DNA of 64,000 nucleotides from Haliotis rufescens (lineage: Eukaryota), in assembly GCF_023055435.1 (NCBI RefSeq), contig NW_025963783.1, positions 558,001-622,000 on the forward strand. Reading direction: 5' to 3'. Below, piece after piece: positions 1 through 12,238 of this stretch (positions are counted from its first letter, which is position 1; the number at the start of each line of letters is the position of its first letter). Below the pieces are notes generated by a model. The model had not been told where the DNA came from. It saw only the letters and a program-made list of their open reading frames with translations, and made no database searches. Position numbers and translations under genes: made by a program.

Positions 1-209
1 TGACCGACTGTCAACAACGTCTGACCGTGGCCGTGACGTCTCATAGACTAGGGTTAGAGTAGCTTCCCTTTGACAAAGGGCAGTTTCTCAAGCGGAAAGA
101 CCGATGGATTGCCGCGAACCTCTATTTCTCAGCTTGCATTGGTCAGCTCTCGCGCGTTAGATTACGGGCAGGTGCTCGTGCATATGAATAGAGGAAACCC
201 GTGGAAAAT

Positions 210-320
210 CTTCACAAGAGGGATGTCGTCAATGTTCCAATAGCCAACATTCCCTTCATATCGAGCAATACTCCTGTCTCTCCAGCCTTTGGTGTTTACA
301 TTTCACAAATTTTGAGGTAC
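210..320 (+). mobile_element. Penelope-like retroelement fragment (post-RT thumb region)
   Basis: Manual translation LHKRDVVNVPIANIPFISSNTPVSPAFGVYISQILRY matches the YDKRDDF..NFP..SNIP..PAYGVYISQL.RY motif of Penelope-like RTs; related fragment at 50850-51450. Confidence 0.7.
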
Positions 321-399
321 ATCCTTCATGCTCTTTCTACAAACAAAAGGGGTAGATGTCACCCTTAATACTGGATCGGTCGCCCTGTTAATCCTGGCA

Positions 400-703
400 T
401 GTTGTTGAACTGTCACTGTTCGATTGACGCGGATGCCAGGCAATCAAAAACTTTAATATTTAATACCGTTCATAGTGATGCTGCACGTGCAGTACGTTAA
501 TGCACTGGGTGCGTTTTTCGGAATTGTACGTGTTTCCCGACTAATGGTTTGCACGTCCATGATGTTATGTTATGATCATTCTGATCCAAGAAATATGTTA
601 CTGACACTTTAACACATAAAACCTCTTCATTTTGCACCTCTTGGTCACCTAATGTTGCTTTTATGGCCAAAAATATCCGTATTCGTTTTTTAAAGAGTAT
701 GTA
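400..703 (-). mobile_element. Tc1/mariner 5' terminal fragment (deleted derivative)
   Basis: Ends in ttttttaaagagtatgta, similar to the TIR of the Tc1 element at 7617-8712 (gaagagtgta); subterminal gcacgtgca motifs as in the other Tc1 copies. Confidence 0.45.
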
Positions 704-719
704 ATTATGTACGTGCCAG

Positions 720-1505
720 TGCAATGTGTTTATGAGTGTGCACAATGTGGTTATCTATCTGCACAAAATGTTTATGTGTCTGCACAATATAGTTAAGTGT
801 CTGTGTACTATGCATGGTTATGTGTCTGTGTACTATGGATATGTGTCTGCACAATATGGTTATCTGTGTGCACACTATGGTTATGTGTCTGTGGACTATG
901 GTTATGTGTCTGCACAATGTGGTTATGTGTCTGTGCACTATGGTTATGTATCCTGTGACTAGGGCTATGTGTCTGTGGACTATGGGTATGTGATTGAGTG
1001 AGTTGGGTTTAACGCCGCCACTTATATCACGGCGTGTCAGCTTAATGTGGAAGGAAAGTCCGAAGTGATGCAGGTCTCAGACATTTACTACATTGGTGAA
1101 ACCCACGAGCACGGGTATAGTGCTGACAAACCTGGAAACATAATCAGGGCGAACCAGGATTCGAACCAACTAGCATAGGTTTCTGCCCAAGGGACGCAAC
1201 TCAGCGAATCGCGGCGCCTCAGACGACAGGGCAACCCGTGTCCCCACTATGTGTATGTGTATGTGCCTATGGTTATACGTCTGTTCACCATGGTTATGTG
1301 TCTGTGGACTATGATTATATGTCTGTGGACTATGATTATATGTCTGTGGACAAGGGTTATTTGTCTATGGTTATGTGTCTGGTGACTATGGTTATATGCC
1401 TGTGGACTATGGTTATATGCCTGTGGACAAGGGCTTTGTGTCTGTGTACAATGGTTATATGTGCCTGTGGACTATGGCTACATGCCTGTATGAACAGTTA
1501 CGTCT
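720..1505. repeat. 21-bp minisatellite (consensus TATGGTTATGTGTCTGTGGAC), interrupted by a SINE and a LINE
   Basis: Tandem units read directly; the same motif resumes at about 5021-5060 after the LINE. Confidence 0.9.
995..1245 (-). mobile_element. tRNA-derived SINE family A
   Basis: Reverse complement has A box, GGTTCGAATCC B box and (ACTC)n tail; flanked by actatg(g/t)gtatgtg target-site duplication (979-992, 1246-1259). Confidence 0.85.
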
Positions 1506-1526
1506 CCTGATGGTGATGGTGGTCTT

Positions 1527-4500
1527 TTGGTGTTTAATGCAACTGTAAATATCAAAAACAAACAATCAAAAACTCACATTAAGTATACATTTGGGAATGT
1601 TGAAGGACTCTTGTCCCTCTTAGATGATTCTGGCTTTATGCAATATGTTAAATCATACGATGTGTTTGGTTTGATGGAAACATGGTTACATGACTTTGAC
1701 TTGTCTCATTATTTTGAAAACTTTGTATATGCAGCCAGCATTGAGATTCACAGACAAAGTTAATACGGGCAGATATGCCAGAGGAAATATTGTTCTGGTT
1801 AGAAAGGAAATAAGTTGTTTTGTTTCACATTTTCATTCTTGTCATTTGGGTATATTCCTGAATTTTAGTCATGATTTATTTTGTCACAATCGTGACGTGT
1901 TGTATGGATGTACATATATACCACCACAATATTCCAGATATTATGACAACAAACTTGGTATTATTGAATTAATAGAGTTACTTTTAGACCAAGCTATTAA
2001 GTTTAAATATGATACTATATTATTGATAGGAGGTGATCTAATTGCTAGAACAGGTAATTTAGGGGAAGTGTTTCCTACATTTAGCAGATACTACAGAGCG
2101 ATACGATGTAGATAAGACAGAGATGGATTAAAGGATATCCGAGGATAACGTCATGAATACTTTCGGAAAATCTTTAATTGATCTCTGCGTATCCCTAAGT
2201 ATTTCTATTCTCAATGGGAGACAAGACACTGAGTCTAAGACCAGTAGTTTTACATTTAATGGGAGTTGCGGGAGTAGTTTAGTTGAATATTGTTTAACGT
2301 CTATAGAAAATAATGATTATGTAAAAGAATGTAAAGTTAAAAATAGGACCGAATCTAGTCATCTACCAATATCATTATTTGTGAAAACAATAGCATCATC
2401 TAATGAGAAGTCGACCAGTTATACGGAAAAAAATAAACGGAGTGATGATAAAGCAGGGGAGTTTGCTTTGAATATATCATCTAACGAATATCTTAACCAA
2501 ACAGAATATGCTCAATCTAACATACAACATAATGTTAACGAATCAATTGAAATTTTTACAAATGTAATTCGTAAAGCAAGTAGTTGTTTCCGTAAAACTG
2601 TTAAATGTCGAAACGATATAAGGCGAAAATCGTGGTTTGATAACGCGTGCAGAAAGGGAAGAAAAGAAGAGAGACGTGCGCTTAGAAAACTACGTTACCA
2701 AAGAATAACTGTTAACTTTAGAAAATATAGAGCGGTAAGAAAAAAGAAAAAGGCTATACGGAGAGAAAAACAGATCACATTTCGGAAACAGACTGTAAGT
2801 TATCTAGATAATTTAGTAAAACAAGGCGGAAAAAGTCATCGGTATCAACATACTCAATTTAATATAAAGATAACGGATTGGTTATAAATGAATGATCATT
2901 TTTCAACACTGCAGAGTGACCATATAGAGATTGATTGTGATATTAACATTTGAATGTCAAACAAATATGAAATGAATTTTAATGATGATTATAGCAGGGA
3001 AATAAGCAACGATGAACTTAAAAAAACTATTAGCAATCTTAAAAATATGAATGCTCCAAGTTTAGATTAAATTTTAGGGGAATATGTGAAAGCAGGACAA
3101 TGTTACTTTATTCCTTATCTCCTTGATTTATTTAATTATCTCTTAATTATGGTCTTTTTCCGGATCCGTGGAACATAGGTATAATTCTTCTTATGCACAA
3201 GAGTGGTAACAAAACAAAGCCAGATAACTATAGGGGCATCACTTTAATGAATGTATTAAGCAAACTCTATACATCAATCATTAATAATAGATTCACAATT
3301 AGGGCAAATAGTTCTAAGAAAATATCCGAGGAGCAAGCTGGCTTTCGCGAAGGTTACTCTACTTTTGATAAAAAAATTGTTTTGAATGCTCTAATCGACA
3401 AGCATTTGTCTAAGCATAAAGGTAGATTCTACTTCGCTTTCGTAGATTTTAGAAAAAGCGTCTGATTCCGTAGATACAAAATATTTATTATATCTCTTGT
3501 AACATATAGGTCTACAAGGAAATATGTTTAATGCTATTAAATCTGTGTATGAAAAGGTTAGAAATACCGTAAAGTCTAATAGAAAATGTTCAGATATATT
3601 TGAATCTCACATAGGTTTAAAACAAGGGTGTGTTTTAAGCCCCTTATTATTTTCTCTGTATATAAACGAACTCGTTCATACTTTAGACAACGGAAACATT
3701 AGAGGTGTACAACTTTTTTCCTGAATATATAGAATTATTGATACTTTTATTTGCAGATGACATTGTATTGTTGTCAGAAACGATTTCAGGTTAACAAAAC
3801 CAATTAAATACTCTCAATAAGTATTTTAACAAATGGAAATTGACAGTTATTTTAGACACAACAAAAAAAGTGGTATTTAGAAAATATGAAATTTTGAAAA
3901 AAAACACGAACAATGGACTTTTAATAACCAAAATGTCGAAATAGTAAAACACTATAAATATTTGGGTGTTATATTTAACTCAAATATGAATACAATAAAA
4001 ACAGTGAAATACACATGTCAAAAAGGTAAATTAGCCCTTTATGAAATGTTAAGATCATTAAATGAACTTGGGTGCTTGTCTTATGACATATTCTTTGAAA
4101 TATTGAATGTAAAGATTAAGCCTATTTTATTATATGGTGCAGATTTTTTGGGCACCAATACATTTGATCCACTTGAGAAAATTCAGAATCAGAATTCTTG
4201 GTTTACCGTCACAAACTCCAAAACCTATGGCTATATGTTGATTCATTTGTGCAATGTATAAAATATTGGCTAAGATTAATACACATGGCAGATGATAGAA
4301 TACTGAAAAAGTCGTATAATATGTTAAAACACTTAGATGAATGTGATAGGAAATTGGATAACAAATGTTAGAGAATCTTTACGTTTGATAGGTCTTGGAG
4401 AAGTCTGGTTCTCTCAAAGTGTTGGTAATATTGATTATGTAATAAGTATGAATAAACTTAGATTAAGAGATATTTCTTTTCAAGAGTGGCAAGCAAAATC

Positions 4501-5020
4501 AAGAGAAAGTACAAGATTCGATAGTTACAGTTAATACAAATTTTCATTAAATGCTGAACCATATGTGTATTGCAATACATATTTAATGCAAAGAAGATAC
4601 TTAGCTCTTTTAAGAACTGGAGGTTTAAACATTTACATAAATGTTAGAAGATGGAAAATGTTGAAATAAGTAAACGAATCTGTCAGAATTGTAATTTAAA
4701 TGAGTTAGAGGATGAATTCCACATAATAATGAAATGTCCATGTTTTAATGAAAGAAATATTCAAGGAAATGCACATCCAAATCTTTTGTTAATTTAATGA
4801 ATGATTATAATCCAGCTATAGTAGAAAACTTGCTAAAATTCTGAAAAACTCCACTTGTGAGGAGAGCATGTTATCATTAATTGCTGTACACTATGTTATC
4901 ATTGAATACATAAGTATGATGAACCGCCATCACCTTGACCGAACATTTGAATTTTTGTATACTTTGTATACTTTGTATATGGGCCGGAGGTCTCAAGTAC
5001 AAATAAACAGATTGATATTG
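1527..5020 (+). mobile_element. Non-LTR retrotransposon ORF2 (AP endonuclease + RT + C-terminal Cys/His motif), degenerate
   Basis: ETWL, GGDL.ARTG, ESSHLPI endonuclease motifs; NYRGITL, EQAGFR, FVDFRK, GLKQGCVLSPLLF, LFADD RT motifs; many stops and frameshifts; 3' gggcc...aataaa end. Confidence 0.92.
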
Positions 5021-6199
5021 TAAGTGGACTATAGTTATGTGTCTAGACGAAGGTTATGTGCCGTCAACAGTCATCAAGAAGTAAGTCAACTGTACTTACA
5101 GGAGAAGTTGGTACCAATGATTTCAATGAGACCAACACAACAGAGAGAACAGTTTCAAAGCCAGCTGAGCAAATTAAACCAGCCCTGAATACAATATAGA
5201 CAGCAACATCACACAACTACTGCCGGGACAACTATGTCAATCTTATCAAAGAAAACATGTATATGTTCCTCTGTTGCTGTACGAGATCTGCTAAGTTCGA
5301 ACCCCATGATGGCAAATAGACGAGGGAATACAAGAGGGACTTAAGTTTATGTGTATTAAGCCTCTGACAGAAAGTTTGTCAATCTTTAAATACAAGTGTA
5401 AGGTTATGTCCTGTCTGTGTCTATGTGCAAGATAAACGTTGACAGGAACGATTCATGTTTCTCCCAGTGTCAAATCGGACCAAAACACACTATCAGAATA
5501 ACAGGAAAAGTTGACATAAAAAGGGGGTTTCTTATCTATGTCTCTGTCGGTATCCCTGGTTGTGAGTACCTGAAGGCAGCGCCAGGAAATCGTTCAGGCC
5601 AGAAAGTAATGTGTACCAAAGAATTCAAAGTGAATGAGATTGACCGCCCTACTACACAAATATGTATCATGAAAGTGAACAGTATCATCCTGGGGCGTGC
5701 CAACTATACAGGTAGAATCACTAAACCTGAAAGATGGTTAATAAAAGTGACGTCACTAACTACAACATAATATTCTCTTATTGTTTGTATAAATACAATT
5801 TTCACTTTTGTGTTTCCACACTATCGAGAGGATACATGCAAACGAAAAGTATTGTTTGTAACATATACTTGTGTTTATATGGCCAGTCATGACAGTTGAA
5901 CGATGCTTGATGGTGTACGTTTTGGACGTTACTGAGGGTAGTTTGAAATTTTAACTCTATTTTGGCTTTTGTTTAAATAATACTTTCTGCAAAGAGGTAC
6001 GTGTATGAGGACAAGGAGGTCTTTTCAGAAAGTTTCGAAAAAATGGTAACGTATTTAGAGCGCTACCTATAGGCATATGGAAGGTCGTGTTTGACAACAT
6101 GGAAGTAAATATGGAGGTCTGACTGGCACGTAACACCCAACCAATAACAGCACAAGTCTAAAAGTGACATTATACATGGGGTGAAAGAGTGTGGGAGTT

Positions 6200-7612
6200 T
6201 ATAAACTCGACAACTTAAAATTGTATTGATTACAGCACCCTTACTTTTATTTAGTAGTAATGTCGAATACAACCCCAGCCCCAGGAGGACACGTCATAGT
6301 CAATTGTCTGTGTCAGCATCAGATGTGGACCTGGTGAGAGCTCGACAAGCATGGGACGATAGCAGCACACAATTCGTACAAATTCTCCCGCAACTACAGG
6401 AACATCTTCAATCCCAAAAAGTAGGTTTGACTCGTTTGAATCGTCATTACCATCAATCCGGACTGAACAGGTGCCCATGTGGAAAGAAAGTTATCAACTG
6501 TCTGACCACAACACGCTCCTCAAGAGAAAAGTTGAACAACTGGAACTGGATCCCAGAAGAGAACCACTAATCTTTGGGATCCCAGCTGAAAGCAGGAATG
6601 AAAACTGGAATATATCTGAAATTAGGTTGAGAGAATTCCGAAACATAACCTCTACATTTAGAACAGCCGAGCTGACTGCATTCCAATAGAACGAGCACAT
6701 GGGCTGCAGACTAAACGACACCCAAGTCCAATAATTGTTAAAATGTCTTCTCGCAAAGAGACAGAGACAAACTCAGTAAAGCCGGTGGTGCCGAGTATCC
6801 CCCGGCTACACCCAGGCTGTAAGAGACACAAGACGGCAACTGGGGACATTTCTTTAGACGTTCAGGGACAGAGGTGATGATTGTTATATATGATTGTTAG
6901 CAATAACTTCTACACATACAATTGGACCAAGCAGGACCTAATGGAAGTGGGGTAACGTTTGCGCCCATGGTCGGCACCCATGGCCAGCGCCACGGAGAAC
7001 GGCACCCAGGTCAGTCACCCCCAACACTTCACGATCCACGAGCAAACGACTCTAATCAGAAGATGACACATATGTTCAGGGAGACTAGGGATGTGACAGA
7101 GGCCAATCTGTACAACGTAGTTTTCCTAACAAATTTAATGTGATCGTAACCAATACAAATACAATCCATGGTAGATGCATGGTGAATAATGATATGAGTT
7201 TCATTCCCATGATACAATGAATGTAAGTGGCCTCTACTCCAAGATAAGCCAAACTCATTCCAATCCATCTGAGTTGCGTATTAAATAAGTTGTACTTGCC
7301 TTCATAGAGACATGGGCAAGAAACACCACATATTTTGTCATTCTGCTTCCAGGCCACGTCTGCTTCCAATGTGTGAGAGAACAGACACATCCGGTAGGGC
7401 GGTGTTGCCGTCGGGACTTTATATGCTAGTTAAGGAATATCCTGACTTTTTGTCATTTTTGGTGATTTTAAGGCCCTAGTTGATAATAAGCAATGGTTTA
7501 CAGAAAATCATTCTACAACACATTTACCAATCGATAAAATCGATTACGGAAGTGAGAAAGTCAATAGACACAATTACAAATACTGAAGGGAACTAGCAGT
7601 TAGAAACTTCAA
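6200..7612 (+). mobile_element. 5' part of a LINE (degenerate 2A-like peptide, ORF1 remnant, start of endonuclease)
   Basis: LLFSSNVEYNPSP; IFGIPAE..NENW, ERAH, PSPIIVKMSS ORF1-like motifs; broken by the Tc1 insertion. Confidence 0.6.
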
Positions 7613-7616
7613 CATA

Positions 7617-8712
7617 CACTCTCAAAAGAAGAAACACACCGGAAGATTTTTAGTAATTTTTTTTTTATTGTACCGAATAAAGTCGATATATTTAATCTAA
7701 TATCATAGATACAAATATTAAATTTTGGAGCTCGATAGACACATGTTGTCTTTGTACAAAGGCATTGAAAACTGTTCATTGTCATGTCACATACGGCCAC
7801 AAGGTTGTGCTGAACTCAGTATCTCGTGTGACCGCCCCGGGCAGCAATTACGGCAAACTCCCATGCACTGACTGGATAAGTGTACGAATTCTGTCCTGCG
7901 GAATTCTGCGCCAGTCTGCTTGTATCGCGTTGGCCAGTTGTGGGCGTGTCTGTGGCGTGTTCTGACGTTGACGTACACGTCGATCGAGTTCATCCCAGAG
8001 GTGTTCGATTGGGTTGTGATTTGGAGATCTTGACGGCGACTGAAAGACGTTGATGTTGGCATTATGACGACAGTATACCATGATACTACCGCCACCGACA
8101 TTGTCGAATTCAAGTACACAATGTGGGGCAAAACGCTTATTTCGACGATGATAAATACGTTGTTTTCCATCTCGCCGGTGAAGAAGAAATTGTGATTCAT
8201 CACTAACTGGTAACTCTTGGTTGGCCGGTTCTCGGACGGCCTTCACCGGAATTGAACTGTGTGTATCGGTCACAAAGGTGGCAAATGGTGCTGTGGTGGA
8301 CGTTGATGTGGCGTGCAAACAGAAGACTGCGATTCCCCTCTTTGGATACGTCCCATGCAATGTTCCGATCTGCAGCGCTCGGCAATTTCGAACTTGAAAA
8401 ATGTTGACAATTTAATGACAAATTATAAGCTTATGCTTGCTTATTAGCCACTACCACGAGTTACGAATGCCACAACTTGCACGTGCATTTTGCGTTACTG
8501 TTTACTTCCATGACGTTTTTGAACATGTGTGAAAACAATGCCGTTTAAGACATTGCAAATCGTCAATGGCTGCGTTTTCACGCACCGTTTGTCGAATATC
8601 AGGCCACCAACATTTTACAATAACATATATCCAAATTATATACCGAACCTTTTGTTTGTCAGGTTCAATGAACTACATACTACCGTGAACTTCTTTTTTT
8701 TTTTGAAGAGTG
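7617..8712 (-). mobile_element. Tc1/mariner transposon, internally deleted
   Basis: TIRs CACTCT(T)CAAAA flanked by TA; transposase motifs GRPR, SDES, GGGSIMV, RSPNHNPIEHLWDEL. Confidence 0.9.
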
Positions 8713-9569
8713 TATGAAATCATTTGGAGACTGCGTTTGGGAGATTTTTCTTAACCGTTTGGTGATATTATCTAACTTGGTAACGTTCAAAGAACATTTT
8801 TAAAAACATATACAATATATTGTTGAACCCAAAGACCCACACATGATCACCTTTATTTTATTATTAGATCTTCAAGGATCCTGTTCACGGAGCTATAATG
8901 GTGACGGGTTTGTGTGTGAAGATAATAGACACCCCGCAGTTTCAGAGGTTGAGGTATTTGAAACAACTTGGAGGAGGTTACTTTGTATATACGGGTGCAT
9001 CACACAATAGGTTTGAGCACAGCATCGGGTAAGTTATATCGCAATGGCGATGTTAAAAGTCGTGCCGATAAAATGCTTCCTTGAACATATTCCGAGGACA
9101 TGAATTATTTGCCATACACAGCATAACAATGTGATTTTGTATTACTTTCTTTTTTCCTAATTCCTAATGATGTCCAGATATAAACTTTGTTTGTTAAAAC
9201 AGAACTTAGTATCTGGCTAGAACTAGTGTTCGGTTTCTAAAACGGCAATATGAAGAACTGGAGGACGATGAAATCAAGTGCATTGAAACAGCAGGACTGT
9301 ACCACGATTTGGGTATTTAGTTCACCTTTTTCCAATATGACAACACATGTTGATCTCGACATAGGTTACATTGTATGTCAACGACGAAAGAAAGTTAATA
9401 ACATTTCCAACGACTGAAATATACTGACACGACAAGAATATGTGCAATTCATGTGTGTTTTTGGTTTTTAAGGACACGGCCCATTCTCCCATGTCTTTGA
9501 CAACTTGTTCATACCTCGTGTAAACCCAGACAGCAAGTGGAAGGTATATACACTAGTCTATATGTTCAT

Positions 9570-10190
9570 TTTGGTGACGTTAACATCATTATGTTACGTC
9601 AACGGTTTAAAGGCAACTTTTTTCAGGTTTGGCATAGTGATTCACCTGAAAGCTCCAAAATTGCTTATCATGCACAGTTTAAAATATCCATTTTATGTGA
9701 GAACTATTTGAGTAGTATTACTGTAAATACATTCAGACCCACATTGACTCGTTTTCGTCTTAGTTCTCACAATTTAGAAATTACGTGGACGACATTATAC
9801 TATTCCTCGTGAATTTAGAAAATGTAAAGTTTGTAACTTAAACCATATCGAAAATGAATATCACTTTTTATAATTTGTCGAGTGTGTAGCCATCTTAGGC
9901 AAAGTTACATAGAATCCAAATTTTACATCTTTCCAAATATTCTGAAGTTTAATACACTACTGTCATCGCAAAACCCTATAATCAATATGATCAATAATAA
10001 GTACAGAAAAGTACTTGTTTTATGCCAATACTGTAGGAACACAAATACTCCAACATACTCCAATATGCAATTATGTTAAAACTGCTTTTGTTAAAAAGCA
10101 CAGAAACGTATTACATCTGATACCGTTTGTACCTTAATTTATTTCGTCTGTACAAAAAGGCCCGTGACCTACAAGTACTCAATAAAACAG
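9570..10190 (+). mobile_element. LINE 3' fragment in SAMHD1-like intron
   Basis: RFRLSSHNLEI..CKVC..ENEYHF C-terminal motif; ggccc...aataaa 3' end. Confidence 0.8.
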
Positions 10191-10235
10191 GTTTTTATTC
10201 GTCTAAATTTATTAACTGTTTATGTTCTTGTCACT

Positions 10236-10290
10236 ATATGGCTGAAATATTGCCGATGTGACGTTAAATTTTAACTCACTCACTCACTCA
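10236..10290 (+). mobile_element. 3' tip of I/Nimb-type LINE or partner SINE with (ACTC)n tail
   Basis: atggctgaaatattgccgatgtgacgttaaattttaactcactcactcactca, nearly identical to the reverse complement of 17460-17517. Confidence 0.7.
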
Positions 10291-10699
10291 TTAAATAAAC
10301 AAAGTGGCATTACACAAAACACAATCACCGATATGGTGAGAAGCTTAAGAGTGAAAACCTATTTGAGCCACGAAAGCATGTTAATAAAGGCAGTAAACAG
10401 CCAAAGAAGTTGTTTTTGCTTACTTCAATGGTTTCAGCATGAGGATGCCTCAGTGAAGATGCTGCAACGCCTCATTAATGACAATACGGATGTGAAGGAA
10501 GCCTTTAAGAACTTTGATGCAAATGGGACCCGCCTCGAGCTCATAAAGGACCTCATCTTAGGTGGGAAGGTTCAGTATTGTTCCTTCCATAGGTAGGTAG
10601 CTTGAAAATTTGTAGGTACCCTCACCTAACCATGACCAAAAACGTTACCCTGACCTTACCCTAACCCTGAACGAGCGTGTGCCAGCAGGGAATGAGAAT

Positions 10700-10860
10700 G
10701 ACGGCCCTGGCTACGTCATATCAAAATACGGCGCTTGGCATTATATTGATAGCAAAAGCACTGGTCAGATCAGTCAGTATAGTTAAAGATCCAGGCTTAA
10801 CTGTGCCATGGTATCTCAGTGGGCTATCACTGTAAAAGTGGCATTAGTCTAGTACAACCA
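10700..10860 (+). mobile_element. SINE family C fragment
   Basis: ggcgcttggcatt ... ggtatctcagtgggctatcact, shared with 34494-34710 and 63460-64000. Confidence 0.6.
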
Positions 10861-11619
10861 TTCTCCCCATACAATGACCCCGACGTTAATCCCATGTCAC
10901 CCCACCGCAATTGGTTCGTATTTGATACTGTTCACTTTTAAAAGAATGTTATCACAAGAGTGAAGACTTAGGTTGTAATTATTGTTCGGAACAAATAATG
11001 GTATAACTGGAGGTGGCTATGTGTTGGCAGCAGTTGGTGGAGGAAGTGTGACCACCACGCCCTTAGATGAGGTATCACAAACGTTGACTTATGGAGTTCA
11101 GCTTCGTTATTCTTTATTCAGAAACACGAGTTCGTGATCAAGTCGGAATCATACAATCAACTCTGCTTTTGGCAGAGATTTCCGATGAACATGGATAGAG
11201 TTTTTTCGCTTTATTCATCGCAATTTGGTATTTGTTTATTTTAATTTTTTTTTGTATATAACATATGAATCCCTTCTCAGATTACTTTATCTCAATTCTA
11301 TATGACGTACTTTTTTACTTCTCTGTGTCGTTCTTGTTTTCTCTTCAGTGTGAGGTTAAACTGTATCATTTTTACTATTTTTATAGTTTGCAATATGTTG
11401 TGGTCATCAGTTATGCAAATCAGTTTCGGTGTGTCTTTTTAACAAGATGTTCTTCATTAATATTCACTGCCAGCCCCACTGTAACAATTACATGTACACT
11501 TTGCTTTGAAGATGCCGGTTGATGTTGTTCAATACAGGTGTTTTTGAATCTATTTTACATGTTAATCATTTCGAGAAGATGATACACATTTATCTATATA
11601 TTGGGTTACTTTGCTTTTA

Positions 11620-11750
11620 AAGATTATACATATAAACGTACGCAGTCTTAGTAGATTTTAAAGTAGATTTAATCAGTGCTGAATTAGATAGTTATGATGT
11701 TGTATGTTTAACAGAAACCTGGTTGCACCATGATATTCTAGCCACTGGTA
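11620..11750 (+). mobile_element. LINE endonuclease N-terminal fragment
   Basis: KIIHINVRSL..DVVCLTETWLH; its last ~38 bp recur at about 12745-12781. Confidence 0.6.
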
Positions 11751-12021
11751 TTACACTGATACCATTGTGGTGTCTTTGTGGTATATTTTGATGGAGAATA
11801 TCAGCTTCTGAACAAGTTTTACTTGCGTGCACGTATAAATTTAAGTGAGTTAGTTTCGGGTTCAGTTGGTTTCTTGTTTTTGTAACCAAAAGCAGTATTT
11901 AGGCATTTCACTGAATCCTAAACTTAAAACGGTACTAACTAGAGGTATTAAAATGAAAATGCCAATTAAGGGAATGTAAGTTGTACAAAAGTGTTCTCCT
12001 ATTTGTAGATTCTCAAGGGTT

Positions 12022-12238
12022 CAAACCGCGCACAATGGAAACTATGTCGCCGAACTTTTAAGCATAGTTTTTGTATATAGCATTTCACCCGCCTTCCTAA
12101 ACGTGCCCCAAACCGCGTGGCAAACCGCGCACATGGAAACTAAGTCGCCGAACTTTTAAGCATAGTTTTTGTATATAGCATTTCACCCGCCTTCCTAAAC
12201 GTGCCCCAAACCGCGTGGCAAACCGCGCACATGGAAAC
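12022..12238. repeat. ~98-bp tandem repeat, 2.2 copies
   Basis: caaaccgcgcaca(a)tggaaact... restarts at 12022, 12121 and 12219. Confidence 0.9.

Noticed and set aside
705-1510. ORFs with YGYVSVD or HRHIT repeats
   Set aside because: By-products of a 21-bp (multiple of 3) minisatellite interrupted by a SINE; no splice or domain evidence
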